Source of the DNA: Octopus sinensis
Taxonomy: Eukaryota
Direction of reading: 5' to 3'
DNA length: 64,000 bases
NCBI RefSeq assembly: GCF_006345805.1
Contig: NC_042999.1
Coordinates: 172,484,001 to 172,548,000, forward strand
The notes beneath the pieces were generated by a model. That model was not told the DNA's origin, did no database searches, and saw only the letters and a program-made list of their open reading frames with translations. Position 1 is the stretch's first letter; each line of letters begins with the position of its first letter. Shown in pieces: positions 1 to 11,140 of this stretch. Made by a program: the position numbers and the translations under genes.

Positions 1-54
1 TACGCAAGTGAGACGAGAGCTACTACGAATGCTTACATTTATACACATGTATAT

Positions 55-155
55 GCATGGCTTAGTAGTTAGGGTTTCGATTGCTGGACCGGATGATGCA
101 TGGTGCTGTTGAGCAAAACACTTAATTTCACATTGCTCCATGCCACTCAGCTTGC
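55..155 (+). mobile_element. Decayed tRNA-derived SINE fragment (family E)
   Basis: A-box-like tggcttagtagtt, B-box-like ggtttcgattgc, then ttgagcaaaacactt...ctccatgccactcagcttg. An inverted relative is at 30853-30975. Confidence 0.5.
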
Positions 156-838
156 GAAGAAACGATGTTCCGCCCAGGTGGGGATTGTATATGAAAAGTG
201 GAAAACCGACCCTATAAGTCTACATTTATATATACGTGTTTGCGTGTGTGTGAGTGTGTGTGTGAGTGTGTGTGCGTGTGTGTGTGTGTGACTAAATTCA
301 TAAAGTGAAACCGTTAAACCGATAAATCTTTTAACTTAGGCGATAGTTATTAGTAAGGAATGTCATGATGTTATTAAAATAGAATTTTGATTATTTTCAT
401 CTTTGATCTTCACAAATGTTTGTTGGTTTGCATGTTTCTTTCAGATTTTCATTGTTTTATAAGCAAATTGATCAGCAAATAGAAATTTTAATCCATGTTA
501 CACATAATAGTAGGAAATACCCTAAATAACAACAATAAGAAACTGACCAGCTAAAACATACCATCTGTATACAGTCTTCTGTTAATCCATAAAAATATTA
601 TTCTTGTTTAAGAATAATATAAATATAATATACATATATACATATATACAAACATATATGTATATATAATATAAATAATATATATATATGCATATATACG
701 TACGTATATGTACATAGTTACATATATATATATACCGGAGTAAACACATAAATGTGAAACAAGGTGGAAAAAAGTGTACTCAAATACCAGTGGTAGAGTA
801 ATATGCTTTATTTAAAGCAGCAGAAAATTCAACAAAAT

Positions 839-876
839 CTGTTACTCTGAGTTTCTCGTTGCCGTTCATCAGACAG
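839..876 (-). ncRNA. Mirror-image hammerhead motif on the opposite strand
   Basis: Exact reverse complement of 904-941 because the arms are perfect. Confidence 0.6.
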
Positions 877-903
877 TTTTTGCTAGAATTTTTGTAGCAA
901 AAA

Positions 904-941
904 CTGTCTGATGAACGGCAACGAGAAACTCAGAGTAACAG
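904..941 (+). ncRNA. Minimal type I hammerhead ribozyme motif
   Basis: ctgt-CTGATGA(908-914)-acggcaacga-GAAA(925-928)-ctcagag-TA(936-937)-acag. Stem I is ctgt/acag, stem III is ctc/gag, predicted cleavage GUA after 937. Position 10.1-11.1 is an A/A mismatch. Confidence 0.6.
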
Positions 942-975
942 ATTTTGTTGAATTTTCTGCTGCCTTATATAAAGT

Positions 976-1013
976 ATATATATATATATATTATAGATAT
1001 AGATATAGATATA

Positions 1014-1077
<64 letters not shown>

Positions 1078-1108
1078 ATATATATAATATATATATATAT
1101 GTATATAT
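976..1108. repeat. (TA)n microsatellite
   Basis: Direct reading; one of many (TA)n tracts. Confidence 0.95.
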
Positions 1109-1421
1109 GGGTACAGGACGCCATAGAACGTAAACAACATGAAATGCAAAATGCGAAAACATGGAATGCGAACTTTTATTCTGAACAACGAAGGAAACAA
1201 ATGGAAAACAAAACAAATAACATAAAGAACGACCCTTCATCAGCTGTCGGCTGTTTTATCTACTCCGCATTTTGAGCAATTGCGACAAGAAGCACCTTCG
1301 TCGAAACAGCTGCTCCTACAAATTATCCTAAGTGAAATTTGGGATTTGCGGAGTGTCACAAATTCAAACGAAAAGAGGACAGTGAAAACTAAGCCATAAC
1401 GAGGTGACGAGGAGAACGTTG
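1109..1421. mobile_element. Interspersed repeat in (TA)n, possibly a Penelope-like terminus
   Basis: Related to 18607-18880 (gRgtacaRgacRcca...aacgta...cttcMtcagctg). Contains decayed hammerhead-like pieces (cttcatcag; gtcgaaacagctg). Confidence 0.4.
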
Positions 1422-1454
<33 letters not shown>

Positions 1455-1566
1455 ATATATATAATTAATAATAAGGGTGAGATAATTAGATACTAATTTA
1501 ATAGTATACCTCTTCAACACCAAGTGGCCAGTGCAAAGAAACCTGGATTTTAATAATATTTTATAC

Positions 1567-1729
1567 ATAAATATAAGAGAGTGATCAAAATGTGGCTCAC
1601 TCTTGCACTAGAAATAGATCCAATAGGTTTCAACCACAAAATGGGAAACATTTATTTTGTGGTTGAAACCTATTGGATCTATTTCTAGTGCAAGAGTGAG
1701 CCACAATTTGATCACTCTCTTATATTTAT
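1567..1729. repeat. Near-perfect palindrome, 76-bp arms (1567-1642 / 1654-1729), 11-nt loop
   Basis: Arms are reverse complements with one mismatch. Preceded by a unique segment (1468-1566) and bounded by (TA)n. Confidence 0.9.
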
Positions 1730-1730
1730 A

Positions 1731-1800
<70 letters not shown>

Positions 1801-1887
1801 AATACATATATATATATATACACACACACATACATATATGCATACATACATGCATACATACATACACACACACACACACACTCACAC

Positions 1888-1923
<36 letters not shown>

Positions 1924-2938
1924 TTCCAGATAGTACCACTCATATAAAACCATTAGAGGTGTAATTTAAAAATCTGAAGTATGGAAGTTAGCTAGATGTT
2001 TTAATTGTCCGGGAATTTTAAGATGCTTCAAATACTCGAAAATTAATTGCTTTCTAAAAATGACTGTCGGCACTTTTCGGTTTCGCAGAAAAACATGTTA
2101 AAATAGCTTTGTATATGGCAAATGGCACCGAAGTAAATTATGAACGTAAATGAATCTGGCTCCTATACACAATAAAATTGTGCATACCAACGCATGTTGC
2201 GTGATTAAACACATTGTTTATGGTATTATTGAAGGATCGCTTAACGGAAATGACTATTGTTCTGTGAACTACTTTTATCTTCCTGTTTCATACAAAATGC
2301 ACATAGTTTTCCATGCACATGTATGCACAGAGGCACAAACAAGTATATATTCATAAAGCTACATATAAATCCTCATATATATATATATAGTGCTTAAATA
2401 TGCAGATATATCAATTTGTACACAGATATATATATTTCCACATGAATATATCTATATGAGTGCGTGTGTGTATATATATATATATATGTATACATGCATT
2501 CATGCACATGTATATGCTTAAGTATTCTACATTTAATGGCATTTTTACAGTTATATCCATATATCCTCTATCATATCATAATTGAATTTTTTTTTCAAGC
2601 AAGCATTTACATTTAAAATGTAGTATTTATTTTTGTATAATTAATTCAAAGTTGCGCAGATGTTTTTGAGACTAATGCCCGTTTCAATAATTTAATTCAG
2701 ACAAATCTATAAATATTCTTGGCTCTAGGATATTATATATGGTTTTACAAAATATTTTTAAGCTTTATTTAGAAGAAACAAACATATCGTACTCAGTCAG
2801 GACTGGTGTACTGCATACATACACGCACGAACGTACAAACAAAACGCACGGAGAAACGTGCATTGGTGCTGTACACACACATACGCATACACACAGAGGA
2901 CATATGAACACACGTACACACACGCAGATGATATATAT

Positions 2939-2996
<58 letters not shown>

Positions 2997-3044
2997 GTAC
3001 GCACACTCGTATGTGATTTTGTTATGAAGATTTATAAGAATCAA

Positions 3045-3315
3045 GGCACAACAAATAGTAGGACACCACAAATGGTTAGGTACAAATGATAGGAAAATGT
3101 GTAGACATCGCTGCACTGAGATACTGGAAATACTAAAATGTTCAGGTAATGTATTTAACAAATCTCTACCCTCGTGGCACTAAATAGGCTACAGAAAATC
3201 GCTGAGAAGGTATACCCCGAACAGCTACAGGAAACGTGCTGGCTGCATAGACAACCACTCTCTATCACCTTCATCGATCTCACAAAGGCTTTTGACTTAG
3301 TAGAGACGGCTTGTT
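3045..3315 (+). mobile_element. Internally deleted RTE-clade LINE relic
   Basis: Peptides VDIAAL (APE endonuclease-like) and ALNRLQKIAEKVYPE..QLQE..QPLSITFIDLTKAFDLV (RT motif FIDLxKAFD). Confidence 0.7.
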
Positions 3316-3317
3316 CA

Positions 3318-3367
<50 letters not shown>

Positions 3368-3424
3368 ATGTATGTATGTATGTATGTATGTATGTATGTA
3401 TGTATGTATGTGTGTTTATGTATG

Positions 3425-3705
3425 TAAGGTCCCAGCTCTCACCTCTAGATTGAGGACCTTATATTGCGATAGCTTGGGATTCAAGGGCCCACAAATATTT
3501 GATGCCCTGCAAAACATCTGAAGTATATTCATGGAGTGAGGGTAGGTGTTTTCAAGAAACAACTTATTCTACTGCTATCCAATGTCCAGGATGAACCAAT
3601 ATCAAGGCAAGAAGCAGAAAAGAGGGCAGCAGTGTCGATCACCTAAGAATGGCCATTGAAAAGGTTAATAGACTGATGGTGCCCCAGCATGGCTACAACC
3701 TTAGG
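3425..3705 (+). mobile_element. CR1/L2-like LINE 3' end, 5' truncated
   Basis: RTLYCDSLGFKGPQIFDALQ matches 34509-34889. Ends with gatggtgccccagcatggctacaacc. Confidence 0.75.
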
Positions 3706-5925
3706 GCTTCACCATAATAGAGTAAAAGAATAAAGTGCACCTGTGTGTGCGCGTGTGCATATTATGCGTATTATTTAATATCTTTCGTTTCTGCCCTTAG
3801 ACTGAGTATACGCTAGGGGTTCGTCGTGAAGTGTTTTCGTCGAACAAATAGTCGCTTACGCTGTTAATTATTCGTTCATAATTTTTGGCCGAACTTCTGG
3901 CTCATAGAAGCACAGACTCCGTTTGACAAGTTGAGGTGCGGGACAAAAATAGACACAAAGAACACAAACACACATAAATATGCACATACATGCACACACT
4001 CACACATACACAGGCACACATTTATTTCAGTTGCATTCTCTCAGAGTCACGCACAAAGCTTCAAGCCTATATAATTTACTAGAACTTGGGTCACAATGTG
4101 AATATTTAGTTTCAGTAAGCCATATGCTCTACAGAATGTATTGAGCACTCTTTATTAATTCAACATAATATTCGAATCAGTGTATTTGTGTATATGAGTG
4201 TGTGTTTCTGTGTGTGTGTGTATGTGTTTGTGTGTGTTTGTGTGTGCGTGTACATATACATACATGTATATGTGTGTCTAACAAACTGATTGATGCATGA
4301 AAGTTGAGACGTAGTTAATGGTTCAGGAATTTCAAGGTACTTGAAAATTAATTGGTTTTCGTAGACATCTCCCGGCGGTTTTGTTCTGCCTCTCATCCGG
4401 GATAACAATTACTGATAGGTTAGCATTTAAAAAATTTTCTCTATATGATAAATGCATCGGAAAGCACAAATAATCATATGCTGAATGAGACTCATAAAAT
4501 ATATTTGCATTATACGCACCTGTTCTTTTGTTTATTTTGTTATGCAGAATTATTCCGTGAAAGGAAAGAAAATATGCCACCACATATTAACACTCTATTT
4601 TTATACTGTGCAAAACAATTCATAGTTGTATAAGGCAGTAAGAAAAGAAAGAATTAATGTTCATATTCATGATATAAATAAAGATTCTACTAATTTGAAA
4701 TCCGTCGAGACATGTTCAAATGTAAATGAAGTTTACATTTCAAGTGTCTCCGATTTTATATGGCAAAATATATTAATTGTAAATACTAAGTATGTTTGAG
4801 TAAGTGAATGTAAATACAGCTGTGCTTCACTGAGTTGTTATAAAGAGCCTCATAAATACCTTCACACTTGCAAAAACACAAAGAATTCCACTCAGAGAAA
4901 CACATAAAACACACCGAAAAGCACAACAGCAAACTCATAGAAACAAGCTTGTGAATACGTGAGCATACGTATTCACAAACACACACACACGTGCGCGTGC
5001 ATACACGCAAACAGACACATAATGCAAACGCACATAAATGCTCACATATGCTCACACATACTCACACATAGATATACACATACAGCCTGAACTTAACTGA
5101 AAACACATACAAGATTAAGCAGAACCACGTACAAAGTACTTCCAGTCTGAAATACACACATATGAATATATATTCAGGCACAGATATGTGTATAGTGAAG
5201 ACGTTCACTACGCAGCTACATGTTCTTCGTTCACTTCCATTGCAAGGCATCTTGCTCATGAGCATACCGACCTTTGTATAGGTGTTTTGGTTGAAAAGTC
5301 TTGCAGAGGCCTACAAAGTGTGTGCACATATTTTCCCTCTTGCCTTTCATTCTACATGTCTTCCTTCCATGAAATACCGTCTCATACTCATACTCAGATA
5401 CACACACTGCTATTACAACCTCAATACTCTTTTAGCCTTCCATTTTACCTCACATATGTAATCATTCCCAAACTTTCACACACTCAATGCAGTTATATAC
5501 ACAAACCAACAACTCACACCTGCACTAACCTCTACCATATCATTTCAACACTTTCAGACATTTACATATAAACACGCTCTTTACATACCAGACATACAAC
5601 CCATTATACGAATATCGAAACTCCGTTACATAGTAATGTGTACACTGTCACACGTTCCTCTACCGTTCTTAAATCCCTTCCGCTTTTATAAAATGACTGC
5701 TGAACCCTATCCGATCGTCATTCCTTTCTTACTTTTCCTTCATCTCAACCACTATTCTTCTTTCTCACTCCTCTATACATTTCTTCTGCTGTAGCACTAA
5801 CATACTAAATACTGTCTCTTTCACCCTCCCTCTTTTAAACGCAAAATTAATGAAATATTGATGATACCTCTAGTTCCTTTGTTGTCTTACCGTTTTTTAT
5901 TTAGGTTCATGACATTTAAAATGTG

Positions 5926-5956
<31 letters not shown>

Positions 5957-6042
5957 TGTGTGTGCGCGCACACACACACATAAATTCTTTGATACACACA
6001 ATATTTTCTGACACAAGAGATCATAAATTATAAATTCCTTTC

Positions 6043-6170
6043 ACATGGCCTGAAATTTGGGGACAGGGGATTAGTCGATAATATTGTCCTCCATGTTTAG
6101 CCTGTACTTATTTTGCTGACACCGAAAAGATAAAAGGCAAAGTTGATCTGGTCGGCGTTTGAACGCGGCT
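6043..6170 (-). mobile_element. SINE fragment (family A-related)
   Basis: ggcctgaaattt...tagtcgat...gtacttatttt...aaggcaaagttga matches units of the 53201-54222 array. Confidence 0.6.
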
Positions 6171-6417
6171 TCTTAAGTTAAATATAAATAAACAAAGGCG
6201 GTGGTGGGAAATTCCTTTACAAATGGTGAAGGAAATTTGTGAAAGCGTTGCGATGTTTTCAGGCCCTTGTAGCTCTTACATTACAAAAGAAGTTAATATC
6301 CGAAATATAATTAGCACATTCACCTACTCTGAGCTTCAAACCAACAATTTATACACAATTAGATTTGTCATTTTTACTTTCTTTTACGCTACAAACATAC
6401 ATACATACGTACATACA

Positions 6418-6451
<34 letters not shown>

Positions 6452-6838
6452 ATATCTGGGCACACATGCACACACGTTTGTTTGCGTGTGTATTTTTTTA
6501 TATATAAAGAAGCACCTTCACTCACCTGTACATATATATATATATATATACATACATACATACATGCAAGCTTACATGCATATATACATGCATAATATAT
6601 ATCTCGTTCTGCATGTAGCCGAATCAATATGTTTAAATGCTTGCCACAATAAACATATACGTCAATTGAGTGGCTCCGAGGAAGTTGTTAGTAGGCGCAC
6701 GGGCAATCAGCTCTCAAAAGCAGAGACAGCTATCAGTCATGGAAGTGATTATGTAATTCCTGCGATTTTGTCAGTTTCTCATTTATTAATCTATGCTACG
6801 CTTTTTACATCACTGACGCATAAACAATCACGAAATAC

Positions 6839-6916
<78 letters not shown>

Positions 6917-7040
6917 TAGTTGAAACACTCCAGTCATAATCTGGGACCTTGAAGACTGCTATAACGCATGAAAGTATACTAGTCCCCTAATGTTCAACAT
7001 TTCATCTATTCAATAAGACAATCAATACTTCATTTCATTT

Positions 7041-7080
<40 letters not shown>

Positions 7081-7167
7081 TATACTATATATTCTATATT
7101 CTACATTAATATTATAAAAAGTATAAATAAAACATAAAAAACAGATAGAGTGGATTTTTTAAAAATA

Positions 7168-7211
<44 letters not shown>

Positions 7212-7217
7212 ATATAT

Positions 7218-7271
<54 letters not shown>

Positions 7272-7276
<5 letters not shown>

Positions 7277-7513
7277 ACATAAATGCGAAACACGGTGGAA
7301 GAATAGTACTCGAATATCAGAGGTAGAGTAATATGCTTTATTAAAAAGGAGCAAAAATATCACAAAACTGTTACTCAGAGTTTCACGTTCTCGTTCGTCG
7401 GACAGTTTTGTTTAAAACTAAAACTATTTTGTTTTAATCAAAACTGTCCGAAGAAAGGGAGCATGAAACTCTGAGTAACAGTTTTTGTGATATTTTTGCT
7501 GCTCTTAATAAAG
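7272..7513. mobile_element. Second copy of the Penelope-like fold-back element (hairpin 7336-7513)
   Basis: Collinear with 735-975. Imperfect inverted arms around an AT-rich spacer. Flanked by (GA)n and (TG)n. Confidence 0.7.
7363..7410 (-). ncRNA. Type I hammerhead motif with U4-to-C core variant
   Basis: Minus strand reads caaaactgt-CCGACGA-acg agaa cgt-GAAA-ctctgag-TA-acagttttg: 9-bp stem I, 3-bp stem II, ctc/gag stem III. A more decayed copy is on + at 7439-7487. Confidence 0.55.
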
Positions 7514-8316
7514 TGTGTGTGTGTATATGTGTGTGTGCGTGTGTGTGTGTGTGTGTGTATGTGTGTATGTATGAGTTTAGCCAATTCATTGGCAGGCATA
7601 TAGTATTTTAAAATTTGCATCATAATTCATGTAATTTATATCGAATCGAATGTTGCTTTGGAATGGCGTCACTTACGGTTCGTAATTAAAATGAAATTGC
7701 GCAGCCGCTTGTGAGACTGCTGCCCATTGGAATAATTTAATTTAGACACATCTATAAATAATTTTCGCTGGAAAATATTGTAATTGGTTATACAAAATTC
7801 TTATGTGACGGTGAATATAAAAGCATCATATTCATTATCAGATGTTTCCGCATTACTAGAAACACATGCGCGCACACACATACGCATAAATACACACACA
7901 CACACACTCACACATACACACACGCACGCACACACAAAATCATACATGCATACAGGCATTATACAAGCTTGCGTGCACAAAGTGGAACCAAGTAAAAAAG
8001 AACTGTAAAATCTTGAAATTAACATTTTAAACACGTATGAACTACTGAGAGGCTACACGCCAAGACACACGTGTATGCATGTGTGTGTTTGTTTAGTTGT
8101 GCATTCTCATTTATCTCTGTATATGTTATGAATACATAACTAAATGTGTGCGTCTCTGTGGCTGTCTACGGACAGATATATGCGTTTATTCACATACACG
8201 TACCTGCGTAGTTACTAATCTCATAATATTCCTATTAGTCTTATGTTTCTCTCTAGAGGTTGGTATATCTGCTGATGTAAGATAGTGGAGCAAGAGGTTC
8301 TTATGGTCGTATTTAT

Positions 8317-8547
8317 CTATTTCTTTACTACCCACAAGGGACTAAACACAGAGAGGACAAACACGGACAGACAAACGGATTAAGTCGATTATATTGACGC
8401 CAGTGCGTAGCTGGTATTTATTTAATCGACCCCAAAAGGATGAAAGGCAAAGTCGACCTCGGCGGAATTTGAACTCAGAACGTAACGACAGACGAAGTAC
8501 TGCTAAGCATTTCGCCCGGAGTACTAATGTTTCTGCCACCGGCGCTT
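8317..8547 (-). mobile_element. tRNA-derived SINE (family A), near full length
   Basis: Reverse complement of 33536-33763. B-box gagttcaaattccgccgagg. Confidence 0.85.
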
Positions 8548-8944
8548 AGAAGACGTTTACAATGCTTATGTTACCTCTGAAGTTAATTCTGAAATTAAAA
8601 CTTAAAGCTTTCTATTAAAGCTTTTTGCAATTTGCCTTCATAGCAGTTGTTCATATTGAGGGTGATGAACCAGGTCATGACCTCAACAGCCACCCTTGTT
8701 CAACCACAGTCTTTTTGATATACCTCTGTTCAGTTTCAGTCACTCCTATTCTACTCACTTGGGTGAACATGAGATTAGCGTAAAACGACTTACAAAAGAT
8801 TTCGCACCGTGCCTCACTCCGAAACGAATTCCTTTACATTTTGTCTATGCCGTTAGTCTTTCCATTTACTCGCTCTTTTGCGTAGTCTGTTGTTTTACTT
8901 TCTTTCTCCCTCACACTATGATTCATGCTCTTTCTTTTCAACTG

Positions 8945-8990
<46 letters not shown>

Positions 8991-9182
8991 ACACACGCAT
9001 AATTAACCACAACTTACATTTACTCGTATATTCTCTCTCTCCCACTCCCTCTCTTTCTCTCTTCCTGTCTCTGTTCGTCTTCCTCTCTCCCTCTCCCTCT
9101 CTCTCTCTCTTACTCCCTTTCTCAGTCTCTCACTTTCTCTTACTCCCTCTCCCTCCCTTCCCCCTCTCCCTATGTATTTTAT

Positions 9183-9345
9183 TCTTTTACTTGTTTCAAT
9201 CATTTCACTGCGGTCATGCTGGAACACCGCCTTTAGTCGAACAAATCCACCCCAAGACTTATTCTATGTAAACCTGGTACTTATTCTATTTGTCATTTAT
9301 GTCGAACCGCAAGCGATGGTGGGGAGACAATCACAGACACACACA
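9183..9345 (-). mobile_element. SINE family B, 3' fragment
   Basis: acttgtttcaatcatttcactgcggtcatgctggaacaccgcc matches the 3' tail of 33826-34219. Confidence 0.75.
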
Positions 9346-9919
9346 TGTACACGCACACACACACATAATATATTTTCAGTTTGAGAGCCAGATTTTTTTA
9401 ATTATTTTTTTTTAAACTAAGCATTTTGAAACGTCGGATACTGGTAGAATATGTCACATAGAACAGGGTTTATTCTTAAGGTTTTTCACAAAATTTTGTA
9501 CTTTAGAATTTATTTCGTGTTAAAGTTTTCGTATTTGGTAATTTTAACTACTCAATGACGTGTATTCAGCCGAAGAAAATTATTGCTGCTGTTTACAAAC
9601 AATAACTTTCGGGTCCACTCCCCTAACACAACCATTCTTTAATTACAAGAGATGTTTTTATAGCAACATAGGTTTGCTGTATCAGGGTTGATTTGAGGCT
9701 AAATAACAACAAAACTTTTACTTAGACAGACCAACATCGGAGGCTGTAAATGGTTGCATGACCTGCTAGAAAAAGTAGCCAAATTTTCAGACACACTGGA
9801 TATTAGCCATGATATATACCGAGTTTCCTTAACATTTTCTATTTATTTCATACGAAAATTCTGAATAAATTATGGTAAAGGGAATCCAATATTTGGAATA
9901 TGGATTCTTGCAAATCGCC

Positions 9920-10074
9920 CCCATGACTTATTCTTTGTAAGCCTAGTACTTATTCTATCGGTCTCTTTTGCCGAACCGCTAAGTTACGGGGACGTAAACA
10001 CACCAGCATCAGTTGTCAAGCAATGTTGGAGAGACAAACACAGACACACAAACATATACACACACATACATACA

Positions 10075-10160
<86 letters not shown>

Positions 10161-10450
10161 ATATATACGACGGGCTTCTTTCAGTTTCCGTCTACCAGAT
10201 CCACTCACAAGGCTTTGGTCGGCTCGAGGTGCTACGCAGTGGGACTGAACTCGGAACCATGTGGTTCGTAAGCAAGCTACTTACCACACAGCCTTCTTTC
10301 AGTTTCCATCTACCAAATCCACTCACGAGGCTTTGGTCGGCCCGAGGCTATAGTAGAAGACACTTGCCTAAGGTGCCACGCAGTGGAACTGAAACCAGAA
10401 TCATGCGGTTAAGAAAGAAGCTTCTTACCACACAGCCACAACTGCGCCTA
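9920..10450 (-). mobile_element. SINE family B with duplicated head and internal (TA)n expansion
   Basis: Collinear with 33826-34219. Head region occurs twice (10175-10293 and 10294-10449). CORE-like cttaggcaagtgtcttc in the outer unit. Confidence 0.85.
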
Positions 10451-11085
10451 TGTGTTAACTTGTCCTGTTCTCCATTTTTGTCTCGTAGTTTACGTATTTC
10501 ACTCGTTTTCCCTCGTTTCCTTACGCATTTCATGTTATTTGCACCGTTGGTGACGTGCTGTGCCAATACATTATATATTATTTATCAAACACACAGACAC
10601 ACACAAACACAAACACGCACACACAAAAACATACACACACACACATACACACACACACATACACACACACACAAATACAAGAAAAAGTAACTGATTCTTG
10701 ACATTTCTGTTTAGCGAGGGAAGGGAAAATTGCAGGAAATTTAGCTGCCAATGCTTTTATATTAATGCGCAAATAACAACCAATTAATCTTTGCTTTGTT
10801 TGATCCTTAAATGCCTTTATGAAAAAAAATTGAGTCAGTTCCTTGCTTGATTGTTGATTCATTGATTAATTGATTGATTGATTGATTGATTGATTGTTTT
10901 GTTCGATATGTTTGATTAAGTGACACGCTGATTAACTGACTTAAGCTAAATCAATGAGTAGCAGCAGCTATTCTAAGAGACACATTCACTTACATTATTT
11001 ATTGCTTCTCGTGTATATCATTATCATTATCATCATCACCATCAACAGCAGCGTCACTACCACTACAGTCATCAACACCGTACGG

Positions 11086-11139
<54 letters not shown>

Positions 11140-11140
11140 T
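11086..11140. repeat. (TAC)n microsatellite
   Basis: Direct reading. Confidence 0.95.

Larger units (their letters stand above)
735..975. mobile_element. Penelope-like fold-back element without ORF; perfect 69-bp arms (817-885 / 895-963) around a 9-nt loop
   Basis: Arms checked base by base as exact reverse complements. The unique 5' part (737-810) matches 7272-7340. Flanked by (TA)n. Penelope assignment is inferred from the hammerhead motif. Confidence 0.7.

Noticed and set aside
930-1947. Long YI/IY/CV-rich ORFs here and across the window (e.g. 10013-10690, 32941-33215, 36600-37019, 59309-59962)
   Set aside because: Translations of di- and tetranucleotide microsatellites, which lack stop codons by construction.
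8040-8075. actgagaggctacacgccaagacacacgtgta, hammerhead-like relic
   Set aside because: Core has a deletion and GAAA is mutated; at best a dead remnant.
8696-9271. 191-aa ORF
   Set aside because: Made of (CT)n low-complexity sequence and a SINE tail.
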